Positions 1-9,048 of a DNA stretch of 64,000 nucleotides are shown here, in pieces. The notes under the pieces are model-generated. The model was not told where the DNA came from. It was given only the letters and a program-made list of their open reading frames with translations, and searched no databases. Within the stretch, counting starts at the first letter, position 1; each line of letters opens with the position of its first letter. Source of the DNA: Candidatus Woesebacteria bacterium GW2011_GWA1_39_21 (GTDB taxonomy: Bacteria; Patescibacteriota; Microgenomatia; UBA8517); the NCBI GenBank assembly GCA_000993685.1, contig LBWP01000003.1, forward strand, positions 6,196 through 70,195. Reading direction: 5' to 3'. Both the position numbers and the translations under genes were made by a program.

Positions 1-29
1 TATTTTTTAGCGGTTCGTCTCTGGCCTAC

Positions 30-2039
30 ATGATAGGTGTACCATCTGTCGATTTTCAGTTGAATAACCTGATATCTTTGATACATAACGAAGATACAGG
101 AGGCGTAAAGAAACTATTTGGGTCTTTAAACGTTGGTTGGATCGTCGTACATAATGAAACCCAATCGCAAAGAAGAAAGCTCGAATCTCTTGATAAAATC
201 AATGATTGGTTAAAAAGTGCTCCGAAATATTTGGAGCATGAGATTGATTTTGGACCTCTATCGATCTGGAAAGTAGCTCTTGGAGACAAGGGTAGACATT
301 TTTATTCTCCTTACGCGCCATTTACACTTATCGAAGGAACACCTGACACAATGTATTCTTATTGGAAAAACCAAACGGGGGAGGATTCAATGTTTGTAGT
401 TTCGAACTCTCAAGACTCCGACATTGTTGATAAACTTAACAGTGCGTTTTTTTCAGAACAGATTTATCCCGTAAAAACTGTAAAATACTCAGATCAAAAG
501 ACCGTCGATACCGGTACGTTGCCATATGTAAGTAAACTTCCTGGTTCTCCGCTTTATCCATTCATTCGTTTCAAGGAGTTTGTCGAAAAAATCTATACAA
601 ATAAGCCACCCTTGATAGAATGTCTAGATTTTGCGAGCAAAAGGTTAAGTGAAGCCGTCGCATTAAAAGATCTTAATATAAATGCATCTAAATCCAGTAT
701 GGAAGAGTATAAAAATATACTTGAGAATTGTTCTTTTTTGGCCGAAACTTCCCCGCTAAGCGGTTGGTCTGTGAACAGATTGTTGCTTTATGATAATTTG
801 TACGCGTTACAAAACAATTTTGGATTGTATGGCAAGGACGACATCTTGGAAGAATCTGTGGGTTTACTTAAGAAAATTATGTACATTTTTGAAGTAAGTC
901 CTTCGTATGATCGTGTTATTACAGACGATAATAGCAATGTGATTGCGTATACATATCAGGTACTATCCGATGGTGTTTATTCCCTAGAATTTGATGAATA
1001 CAATCTCGGACTATTTTCAACTCCCCGCTTAGTTAAAATTAATGACCGGGGATACAACCTTGAACCTGAAGTCGAGGAAAATAAACTGACTTTTCCAAAC
1101 TTAAGTTTGAAGGCTGGAAATAATGAAGTCCAAATTAAATATTTTAATAAAAATATTTTTTCTATCGACAGGGCGAAATTCATTAACGCCACTGTTACTA
1201 ATAACAAAGTTGTTGGCGAAGGTTATGTCATCGATGTTTCTTCAGAAAAAGATAGATTAGGAAAATTTGAATTTAGCTTAGGTAATGTCAAGGATATATA
1301 TAGTTATGACATCGTTTCGGATTACTTTGTGGAGAGGGGATCTGCCCCCGTAGTAAAAGTAAATCAGGATAGTGATTACGTGGATTCAGAAACTGAAATA
1401 GAACACGGTAACACCTGGCCTTTGGATTTAAGCGTTTATAATCGCCACTGGTTGCATCGGGGCAATACCTATATACCTTCTGGTAACGCAAACAGCGCAG
1501 TAGTTAGGTTTGAGTTACCGTTATGGAACGATTGTACGGATTTTAATTCTAAAAGCGCATGTAAAAACAAGGACCTGTATAAGATTTTTGATCGACCCAG
1601 TAAGGTTGTGCTAAAAAATATTCAAATTATTGCGAACTACGACAGTTACCCAACTTTAAACAGAGAAATATTAAATTCAGGTTATAATTTACATCAGGCA
1701 GTTTTGACGTACACAAAAATAACTTCTGAGGAGTATAGGCTTGGTTTATCAGAGCAGCAAGCTCCTTATGTTATAGTTTTTTCGGAAACATATCATCCCC
1801 AATGGAAGGTGTTTTCTGGAGACGGAAAAGAAATCCACGTTCAGCATTTTCAGGCTAACGGTTATGCAAACGGGTGGTTGGTTGAAGAAAATCTTCCAGA
1901 TACTGTATTTGTGAAATTTGGCCTCGAGAAGTACAGGAGATATGGTAACATTGTGTCCGGTCTATCTTTAATTGTCTTATTGCCGCTGATCATATACATT
2001 AATAGAAGGAGTAATAATGTCTTCAAAAAAGTCAGATAA
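30..2039 (+). CDS. Large cell-surface/membrane-anchored protein with a YfhO/AftD-like C-terminal module. It may continue upstream of the window, since there is no in-frame stop between position 3 and 30.
   Basis: 669-aa ORF. The C-terminus reads FSETYHPQWKVFSGDGKEIHVQHFQANGYANGWLVEE followed by a hydrophobic anchor LSLIVLLPLIIYINRR. The same module (FSESFDSFWEANG...NGF...TM) ends the next large ORF. No in-frame stop lies between the window start and the first ATG. Confidence 0.4.
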   Translation: MIGVPSVDFQLNNLISLIHNEDTGGVKKLFGSLNVGWIVVHNETQSQRRKLESLDKINDWLKSAPKYLEHEIDFGPLSIWKVALGDKGRHFYSPYAPFTLIEGTPDTMYSYWKNQTGEDSMFVVSNSQDSDIVDKLNSAFFSEQIYPVKTVKYSDQKTVDTGTLPYVSKLPGSPLYPFIRFKEFVEKIYTNKPPLIECLDFASKRLSEAVALKDLNINASKSSMEEYKNILENCSFLAETSPLSGWSVNRLLLYDNLYALQNNFGLYGKDDILEESVGLLKKIMYIFEVSPSYDRVITDDNSNVIAYTYQVLSDGVYSLEFDEYNLGLFSTPRLVKINDRGYNLEPEVEENKLTFPNLSLKAGNNEVQIKYFNKNIFSIDRAKFINATVTNNKVVGEGYVIDVSSEKDRLGKFEFSLGNVKDIYSYDIVSDYFVERGSAPVVKVNQDSDYVDSETEIEHGNTWPLDLSVYNRHWLHRGNTYIPSGNANSAVVRFELPLWNDCTDFNSKSACKNKDLYKIFDRPSKVVLKNIQIIANYDSYPTLNREILNSGYNLHQAVLTYTKITSEEYRLGLSEQQAPYVIVFSETYHPQWKVFSGDGKEIHVQHFQANGYANGWLVEENLPDTVFVKFGLEKYRRYGNIVSGLSLIVLLPLIIYINRRSNNVFKKVR

Positions 2040-2382
2040 ATTTCCTTACCGGTTAATTTTTACCGAGATAGCCCTATATATTTTGGTTGCATTGGCCTGG
2101 TATATCGCCAAAGAGTCACTAAATTTGAGTATCGAAAACGAATATTTAATTGATGGGATTTTCATTTTTGGATTTATCGGGATGGTTATAAGAAAAAATG
2201 CGCACCATCGTTTTTACTGGTATGCTTTTTCTGCAATTGTTTTATCCGCAATATCCGATACTTTAGGCGCCACTACGATTACTTTTTATTTTAGTAGTCT
2301 TGCAATTTCATTTCTAATTCTAGGCGTTTTAAATACACTCCTTTTTAATAAGAATTTTCAGAAAGCTAATGACCAGTCATAA
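2017..2382 (+). CDS. Small integral membrane protein with three predicted TM helices, function unknown.
   Basis: 121 aa, very hydrophobic (IALYILVALAWYIA, GIFIFGFIGMVI, FSAIVLSAISDTLG). A good SD, agaaGGAGtaataATG, precedes the start. It overlaps its neighbours by a few codons, which suggests an operon. Confidence 0.45.
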   Translation: MSSKKSDKFPYRLIFTEIALYILVALAWYIAKESLNLSIENEYLIDGIFIFGFIGMVIRKNAHHRFYWYAFSAIVLSAISDTLGATTITFYFSSLAISFLILGVLNTLLFNKNFQKANDQS

Positions 2383-5104
2383 AAAAGTTGCAATATTTGC
2401 GCTTCTTACCGCGTTGATCTTCAAATTTTGGATTTTTACAAGCAAGTCAAATCTTGGTTCCGATATTAGTTATCGTTTTTTGCCAATCGTTAATGGTATC
2501 TATCTGCCTTTTACGTGGAATAATGTTCAAACCGGAGACGGAATGGGCGTGTATGCCGTAAATACTTTGTGGTCATACCCTTCGGAGCTATTTTATGAGT
2601 CATTGACGAGATTTGGGCTGCCGTATTGGTTTCAAATTAAATATTTGATGCTTTTGCCGGCAATTCTAATTTCCACCTTAGGTTTCATCAAACTTTCAAA
2701 ATTTTTTAAAGGTGATTGGCTCGTTTCGTCTGTTTTATACGTCTTAAACACTTACTTTATTTTGCTTTTAGACGGTTCGCAAATGAACATCGTTTTGGCG
2801 TACAGTGTTTTCCCACTCACATTCTACTTTTTTTTAAGTGTTTGCGAAAAGTTGAGTGTTTACTTACTTTTAAAATTCGTCTTCAGTGTTTGGTTGATCG
2901 GCACTTTCGATTTGAGAATAGTCTGGATATTGGCATTCGTCGTGTTAATAAAATTTATTTTTGATTTTCTCACCGTTAAGGGTGGTGGTCAAAGGTTTTG
3001 CCTTTTCAAAAACTATATTGTCATTGGCTTAACGACTACAGTTTTTCTGGTTCTACTTAATCTGTATTGGATTTTACCGGCTAAATTTTCCGAAGGTGTG
3101 CATCTTCCTGCAGGGTACGACTCCGCCCAACAGGTAACCAATTTGAGTTTTTCAACGATCACACATGCTCTTTATTTATTTCAACCGCATTGGTATATCA
3201 ATAGCTTTGGCAAGGTAACAAACCCCGTGTGGTATTTTGCCATTGTTCCAATTTTCGCATTTGTTCCGGTTCTTCTTTCCAGAAAAAAGCAGTATTTGTT
3301 TTTAATCTCAATAGCATTTGTCGGGATATTTTTGACAAAAGGATCACAACCGCCTTTGGGGGAAGTATACCTGCAACTTTTCCAGAAAGTGCCGGGGTTT
3401 AACTTGTTTCGAGATCCGAGCAAGTTTTTTTTCTTAATTGCTTTCTCCTACTCGATATTGGTGGGGATTACTTCAAAATTAATTTCCAAAAAATCATATC
3501 TGCCTTCGCTCGTTTTCATCATCTATTTGGTATTTCTCATGAACCCCGTTTTGCGCGGCCAAATGACGGGATCTTTTTCTCCGGTCCAAAACGAAGATAA
3601 ATACTGGTCTTTTGCGCAATTGTTAAGTAGTCAAACCGATTTTTTTAGAACTTTCTCAATCCCGGTCAAGTTGCCGCTAGGTTATGTCTCATTTACGCAC
3701 CCATCAACCGAGGCATTTTCGATCGCAGAAAAAAGACCGTTCGAAATAGGCACTGTGGGAACATATGAGAAATTTAATTTCTTACGAGAAGCTCCTTTTA
3801 TGGGAGAGCTTATAAATGTTGCCGGAATAAAATATCTTATTTATCCTTTTCCCGACGCGCGGCGTAAAGCTTTGAAACAGGACAACCTCGATTACTACAA
3901 CACTTTCTTGCAACAGTTGACAAATTTACCATGGATAGAAAAGAAAATTTCAGATTCACCCGTTGCTGTGTTACAGACAAAAAAACACCAAGACCATTTT
4001 TTTATTACTCCTAGAACCTTTTATGTTGTTGGTTCGGATAGGATTTATTCGGACTTAGTTAATGTTACCGGATTTGATTTGTCCAAATTGGCGTTGGTCT
4101 TTGCGGAAGAACGGCCAGGTGTAGTTGGTAAGCCTGACAATCTCCCTATTACAAATATTCTTCTCTACCACAAAAGTGAGACTGATTTGGCAGCAAGTTT
4201 TATTGATAAGGCCCTCTATATTTTTCCTGCCCAAAATCTTAAGCGTGACCCAACTGATGTTAGCCCGTGGTGGAAGCGGGAGGCGAATGATTTTTTATCG
4301 ATGAGAAATTTTCTGCAAACCAAATATCAAATTGACAATCAAGATTTTGATTATCAGGGTGGCTATGCAGTAGCGGAAGGCGACCAACAGCTTGTCGTGC
4401 AAGATTTGAAGTTTAAATCTGGGAATTTATTGTTGGTACGCGTGATGAGAAGCTCTAAAAGCGGGAGCATCCAGTTTTGGCAGGATAATTCAAAGATCGG
4501 CGAAGTTGATACGCTTGATCAAAATCCTGAACAAGTAGAAATTAAGCTCACTGGTTATAACGATGTGCCAGATCGAATTTTCACTTATGATTCGGCCGCC
4601 TTTGACTGGCATCTTGTTGGAAAATTAAATTCGCAGCATCCCCTAAATGTCAAAACTTCCGGTGAGATTAATATTGTCAATGCGCTTGCCTCTGTATCCG
4701 AGCAAGATTGGAACCGGGTAAATAGGTTAACTGGCCCATACAACATTCTCGACTGGGACAAACTTTCAGACAAGGACAAACAACGATTAGTCGAAGTTTC
4801 AAGTGATGCAAAAGTAACCTATACCCGTCTTTCACCGACGGAATATAAAGTTAACATTTCAGGTTTGAAATCTCCGATAACACTTGCGTTTTCTGAGAGC
4901 TTTGATTCTTTTTGGGAAGCAAACGGTGTGGGTTCTTATCCCTTGTATAGTTTTATAAACGGTTTCAGAATCGATCAAGATGGGACGTATGACATCTACT
5001 TTTCTCCACAGAAATACGTTTTCGTACCTTTGGCAATTTCGGCTGCTTCATTGGTTATTATAGTCTTAATCTTGATTTACCCTACACTTCGAAAAAAGTT
5101 ATAA
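2369..5104 (+). CDS. YfhO-like (GT-C fold) polytopic membrane protein, a putative membrane glycosyltransferase.
   Basis: 911 aa. The N-terminal ~400 aa contain at least 10 hydrophobic helices. A large extracytoplasmic domain follows, and the C-terminus (ITLAFSESFDSFWEANGVGSYPLYSFINGFRIDQDGTYDIYF) ends in a TM anchor. This architecture matches YfhO/AftD-type proteins, from memory of the family. Confidence 0.5.
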   Translation: MTSHKKVAIFALLTALIFKFWIFTSKSNLGSDISYRFLPIVNGIYLPFTWNNVQTGDGMGVYAVNTLWSYPSELFYESLTRFGLPYWFQIKYLMLLPAILISTLGFIKLSKFFKGDWLVSSVLYVLNTYFILLLDGSQMNIVLAYSVFPLTFYFFLSVCEKLSVYLLLKFVFSVWLIGTFDLRIVWILAFVVLIKFIFDFLTVKGGGQRFCLFKNYIVIGLTTTVFLVLLNLYWILPAKFSEGVHLPAGYDSAQQVTNLSFSTITHALYLFQPHWYINSFGKVTNPVWYFAIVPIFAFVPVLLSRKKQYLFLISIAFVGIFLTKGSQPPLGEVYLQLFQKVPGFNLFRDPSKFFFLIAFSYSILVGITSKLISKKSYLPSLVFIIYLVFLMNPVLRGQMTGSFSPVQNEDKYWSFAQLLSSQTDFFRTFSIPVKLPLGYVSFTHPSTEAFSIAEKRPFEIGTVGTYEKFNFLREAPFMGELINVAGIKYLIYPFPDARRKALKQDNLDYYNTFLQQLTNLPWIEKKISDSPVAVLQTKKHQDHFFITPRTFYVVGSDRIYSDLVNVTGFDLSKLALVFAEERPGVVGKPDNLPITNILLYHKSETDLAASFIDKALYIFPAQNLKRDPTDVSPWWKREANDFLSMRNFLQTKYQIDNQDFDYQGGYAVAEGDQQLVVQDLKFKSGNLLLVRVMRSSKSGSIQFWQDNSKIGEVDTLDQNPEQVEIKLTGYNDVPDRIFTYDSAAFDWHLVGKLNSQHPLNVKTSGEINIVNALASVSEQDWNRVNRLTGPYNILDWDKLSDKDKQRLVEVSSDAKVTYTRLSPTEYKVNISGLKSPITLAFSESFDSFWEANGVGSYPLYSFINGFRIDQDGTYDIYFSPQKYVFVPLAISAASLVIIVLILIYPTLRKKL

Positions 5105-5255
5105 CATCCTCCACTATCTCTGCTTAAGGTTTTTTACAAAATCACTTTAAGGGAGGATGACATATAAGCAAAGCTTAACTCTGTTTGCACATTTTCAGCA
5201 TTCGATTCATCCCTAATCTAAAACTGAGGGTTTTCTCGAATGCTGTTATAATTAA
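5104..5255 (+). repeat. Copy 3 of a modular, structured repeat element (three copies in this window), a candidate sRNA or miniature mobile element.
   Basis: acatcctcc at 5104-5112 pairs with ggaggatgacat at 5152-5163. Next comes the module ataagcaaagcttaactctgtttgcacattttcag, then cattcgattcat, then a weak hairpin ccctaatctaaaactgaggg, then the conserved tail ttttctcgaatgctgttataa. It aligns module by module with 47338-47450 (same strand) and the reverse complement of 58972-59155. Confidence 0.6.
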
Positions 5256-6549
5256 ATTTGTGAGAAGGCTCTTGAAACTCAACTTTTTTTCTGTTGTAAA
5301 AACCAATACTTTTCGTCAATCAACTTTGACATTTACGGCAACCGTAATAAACGGAATTTTGGGAATGGTTTTTTACATTCTTCTTGCACGCGAGCTTGGC
5401 GTGTTTGATTTCGGCTTATTTTCATTGTCAATTACGGTCTTGGCGGTGGTTGCCGATATCGGAAATCTGGGGATTAATACTGGGATTGTAAATTTTGTAT
5501 CAAAGTATCTTAAATCCGACTACCACAGGTCGATGGGGTTTCTTAAGTTAGGGCTCTTGTCAAAAATTTTGATTGCACTCGTAGTTATTATTTTTGGTTT
5601 TTTATTGTCGCCATTTTTGTCAAAACAAGTTTTTAATAAACCGGAACTTGTTTTTGGACTGCGATTGGTTTTCATAGGTGTTGGTACAACTTGGCTGTTT
5701 TCATTTACAACTTCATACTACCAAGCCTCGCAAAAATTTATTAGCTGGGGGTTAATTCAGATCTTCACCAACTCATTAAGACTTGCGGTTGTTGTCTATT
5801 TGACGGCTAGTTTACAACTTAATTTAACAACAGCGATTATCAGCTATATCGTTGCGCCTTTGCTGGGATTTTTGTTGAGTTTTGTTAACATCTCAGTTGA
5901 CTTTGTCAAAGAAAAAATTAATTCAGAAGTTCGTGGTGAGTTTTTTAATTACAACAAGTGGGTTGCTATCTCGAGTGGAATTGCTGCTTTTTCATCACGC
6001 ACGGACATATTTGTGTTGGGAAGATTGGTTACAGCTTCCGGTATCGGGATTTATTCGGCAGCTAATCAGCTGGTATCAGTTGTTCCGCAACTAATCGGCG
6101 CAATGGGGACAGTTGTTGCCCCAAAATATTCTTCGTTCACCAATGACCAACAAATGCTAACTTATTTTAAAAAACTTTTACTGATGGTTGTCGCCGTGGC
6201 GTCTTTTATTCTGTTATGCACGCCTGGAGTGAGGTTAATAATTAATCAGTTTTTCGGAGTTGAGTATAGGAATTCGTTTCCAATTTTTATGGTTCTATTG
6301 GTCGCAATGTTATTCTTTCTGATTTCGGTCCCGTTCCATAATGCCATAATCTACTACTACTCATACCCGAAGCTATTTTCTTATCTGTCAGTGATCAATT
6401 TCATAGTAATTGCTTCACTTTCGGTGTTTTTAACACTGAATTTTGGTTACCAGTCAACAGCATATGCGATAATGGCTGGAAACATTGTCAATTTTATAGT
6501 TCCGGCTTTATGGTTTTGGCGAAGGGTGAGTGGTGTTAAAAATAAATAA
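5185..6549 (+). CDS. Wzx-like polysaccharide biosynthesis protein (MOP-superfamily oligosaccharide flippase). The true start is probably downstream, at GTG 5260 or ATG 5365.
   Basis: 12-14 predicted TM helices. The N-terminal region FYILLARELGVFDFGLFSLSITVLAVVADIGNLGINTGIVNFVSKY is typical of Wzx/RfbX flippases. The first ~25 codons (from a TTG) are the translated tail of the repeat element (…FSNAVIIKF = ttctcgaatgctgttataa), so they are not believed. Confidence 0.55.
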   Translation: MHIFSIRFIPNLKLRVFSNAVIIKFVRRLLKLNFFSVVKTNTFRQSTLTFTATVINGILGMVFYILLARELGVFDFGLFSLSITVLAVVADIGNLGINTGIVNFVSKYLKSDYHRSMGFLKLGLLSKILIALVVIIFGFLLSPFLSKQVFNKPELVFGLRLVFIGVGTTWLFSFTTSYYQASQKFISWGLIQIFTNSLRLAVVVYLTASLQLNLTTAIISYIVAPLLGFLLSFVNISVDFVKEKINSEVRGEFFNYNKWVAISSGIAAFSSRTDIFVLGRLVTASGIGIYSAANQLVSVVPQLIGAMGTVVAPKYSSFTNDQQMLTYFKKLLLMVVAVASFILLCTPGVRLIINQFFGVEYRNSFPIFMVLLVAMLFFLISVPFHNAIIYYYSYPKLFSYLSVINFIVIASLSVFLTLNFGYQSTAYAIMAGNIVNFIVPALWFWRRVSGVKNK

Positions 6550-6558
6550 GTTGTAAAA

Positions 6559-7404
6559 ATGCAAATTTGGGGACATGCATTGGTTAAGAATGAAGATCGC
6601 TACCTTTGGTATGCAATAAGTAGCGTGATTAAGTTTGTTGACAAGGTATTGCTTTGGGACACAGGAAGCTCCGATGATACTCTCAAGATTGTCGAAAGTC
6701 TAAAACAAAGATACCCGTCTAAAATCAAATTTAGGGAAATAGGTGAGGTAAATCCAGAACAATTTACAGTTGTCAGGCAAAAGATGTTAGAAGAAAGTGC
6801 TTGTGATTGGGTAGTGATTGTCGATGGAGATGAGGTTTGGTGGGAAGACAAAATAAAAGAAACAACTGATTTGATTCATACAAGGGGCCAAGGACTTGAT
6901 TCACTTGTTTCACAATATTATAACGTTATTGGTGATATCTATCACTTTCAGGATGAACTTGCAGGCAGGTACAATATTGATGGAAAAGTTGGTAATTTTA
7001 ATATCCGTGCTTTTAACAGAAAAATTAAGGGCCTGAAGTTTAAAAAGCCACACGGGCAACAAGGACTTTTTGATTTTGCCGACCGGCTTTTACAGGAGCG
7101 TGAGCAAAGCAAACGTTTCTGGGTGATGGGATATTCCTATCTTCATTTTACGAATATGCCCAGGTCACGTGCGCGTTCAAGCGATTTAGCTGTCCCAAAA
7201 AGAGCCTTTAAGTTGAAGTATGAATTAGGAAACAGTTTCCCGCTTGATTTCTACTACCCGGAAGTTTTCTTTGAAGATCGACCTGAGTATTTGAAATCGG
7301 TTTGGACCAATATGGATTTGAAGTACCAGGCGCGTTCATTTGTTGAGACACCCTTTAAAAAAGTAAAAAGACAACACTTTTCTTCAGAAAAATCAGGATA
7401 TTAA
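6559..7404 (+). CDS. GT-A fold glycosyltransferase, family 2-like (Glyco_tranf_2_4-like).
   Basis: The N-terminus HALVKNEDRYLWYAISSVIKFVDKVLLWDTGSSDDT and a later VIVDGDE (DxD-like) match GT2-like nucleotide-sugar transferases. It sits within the glycosyltransferase island. Confidence 0.45.
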   Translation: MQIWGHALVKNEDRYLWYAISSVIKFVDKVLLWDTGSSDDTLKIVESLKQRYPSKIKFREIGEVNPEQFTVVRQKMLEESACDWVVIVDGDEVWWEDKIKETTDLIHTRGQGLDSLVSQYYNVIGDIYHFQDELAGRYNIDGKVGNFNIRAFNRKIKGLKFKKPHGQQGLFDFADRLLQEREQSKRFWVMGYSYLHFTNMPRSRARSSDLAVPKRAFKLKYELGNSFPLDFYYPEVFFEDRPEYLKSVWTNMDLKYQARSFVETPFKKVKRQHFSSEKSGY

Positions 7405-7413
7405 GTTTTTTAG

Positions 7414-8988
7414 ATGATGGATAAAATTATTAAATTTAAGACGCACTACATTGTCTTTCTGCTTTTTGTTATTGCAATTGTTCCCAGGATTTACCGTTTT
7501 TCGCAACAACCGATTTACACTGACGAAATAACATGGATGGTCAGAGCGAAAGAAACATTCCTTGCGTTACGAACCTTTAATCGGCAGCATATAAAAAACT
7601 ATTTTCAAAGTAGTAACGCTTGGTGGGTTAATGACAACGACACTGAGGCAATAGCGCTTCCTTTGACTGCTGCGACTGGACCGTTTATCGCATATCTGGG
7701 AATTGGTCAAAGCGTTTTAACTAGAAATGTTGCGAGAGATTTTGTCGTTGCCCGTTTCCCGCTTATTGTGATTAATTCGTTTACGGTTGTGATTGTTTAT
7801 TTATTAACCAGAAAAATTACAGATAAAAAAACGGCACTTTTGACGGGAGTTTTGTACGCGTTGGATCCCGTGGCTATCAGTTACAGTCGTTTAATCATTA
7901 ATGATGGGCTTTTGACATTGTTTATCCTTTTTGGCATATATAGCTTTTTTTATATCGAGAACGTTAAGACGTCAATTATTTTGTCATCACTCTCAATCTG
8001 CTTTGCTTTTCTGACAAAGCCGATTGGACTACTTCCTCTGATAATATTTTTCTTTTACGCAATCTTTTCCGACAAAAAAATGAAGAATTTTATTAAGTTT
8101 ACTCTGATCGGATTAGTAAGTTTTGTCCTGATTCACTTTTTTTGGCCGGAAGCTTGGTTTCATCCATTCACTTCAGTGTTTGAATATCTGACGCGTCAGT
8201 TTAAGCTTATAGAAAATTCTACGGAAATGTTTTTTGCGGGAAGTGTTTCGCACCAGGTTCCCTTTTACTATTACTTTATTTTGATTTGTTTGCGTGTACC
8301 TTCTTACATTTTCTTCGGCCTTTTAGCCTCTTTGTATTTCTTTTTTACAAAAACTGGACGGAAAAAATTGATTTTGATAAATTTAAAAACCCTTTCGCAA
8401 ATAATTTATGTTTTTGTCTTTTTCTTATTTTTGTCGTTTGCCTCAAAAAAATCCGGAGTCAGGTATTTGCTTCCCATCTGGCCATATATTTACATTGGAG
8501 CATGTTGTGCGATTTTTCGTTTTGTCAAAAAACTACCGGAAATATTCGGAGGATTCGTTTTGCTTGCAATTATCTCGCTTTCTCTTTTTAATATTTACAA
8601 ATATGAACCAAATTATGATTACTACTACAACGAAATATTCGGTGGACCGGCGGTTGCCAAGAATTATGTGTCAACATCACTTTGTTATGGTGCAAAAGAG
8701 TCCGCCGATACATTGAAAAAGTGTTTTCCACAGGTTACGCAGATTTCTTATGTTGGTTGTGCAAGATCAACTTTACCATACTATTTTTCAGGAATTATAA
8801 ATTCACAGATAGACCCCAATCAACCCGTTGTAATCGAAGCCTATTATGAACAAATGAAATATGTGACAACGAAAACAGCAAAGCTAGTTAAAAATAAAGA
8901 TGTGATAAATGTTACAAAAAATGGTGTCGATCTGGCAAAGATCTACCTTAATTTGAAGCAGTTTCCCAAAAGTTGCTCTCTGAACTGA
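7414..8988 (+). CDS. GT-C fold membrane glycosyltransferase, ArnT/PMT-like (polyprenyl-phosphate-sugar dependent, GT39/GT83-like).
   Basis: 524 aa, polytopic. The first extracytoplasmic loop carries PIYTDEITWMVRAKE, the DE motif of the PMT/ArnT family. About 11 further TM helices follow. Confidence 0.55.
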   Translation: MMDKIIKFKTHYIVFLLFVIAIVPRIYRFSQQPIYTDEITWMVRAKETFLALRTFNRQHIKNYFQSSNAWWVNDNDTEAIALPLTAATGPFIAYLGIGQSVLTRNVARDFVVARFPLIVINSFTVVIVYLLTRKITDKKTALLTGVLYALDPVAISYSRLIINDGLLTLFILFGIYSFFYIENVKTSIILSSLSICFAFLTKPIGLLPLIIFFFYAIFSDKKMKNFIKFTLIGLVSFVLIHFFWPEAWFHPFTSVFEYLTRQFKLIENSTEMFFAGSVSHQVPFYYYFILICLRVPSYIFFGLLASLYFFFTKTGRKKLILINLKTLSQIIYVFVFFLFLSFASKKSGVRYLLPIWPYIYIGACCAIFRFVKKLPEIFGGFVLLAIISLSLFNIYKYEPNYDYYYNEIFGGPAVAKNYVSTSLCYGAKESADTLKKCFPQVTQISYVGCARSTLPYYFSGIINSQIDPNQPVVIEAYYEQMKYVTTKTAKLVKNKDVINVTKNGVDLAKIYLNLKQFPKSCSLN

Positions 8989-9048
8989 GTTTTGTTTTCT
9001 TCGTTTGTAGAATGATTTAGTAGTCTGGTTTAGATATAATTACCCAAT

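Noticed and set aside
56-1491. Short antisense ORFs from the six-frame track that lie inside long sense ORFs (56-289, 977-1207, 1288-1491 and dozens more throughout the window).
   Set aside because: Each is embedded antisense or out of frame within a longer ORF with recognisable domain signatures. They have low-complexity, stop-poor AT-rich composition and no SD. They were treated as shadow ORFs.
5185-5364. N-terminal 60 aa of the Wzx ORF as called from a TTG at 5185.
   Set aside because: These residues are the translated 3' tail of the repeat element and are unlike Wzx N-termini. The start is more likely GTG 5260 or ATG 5365.
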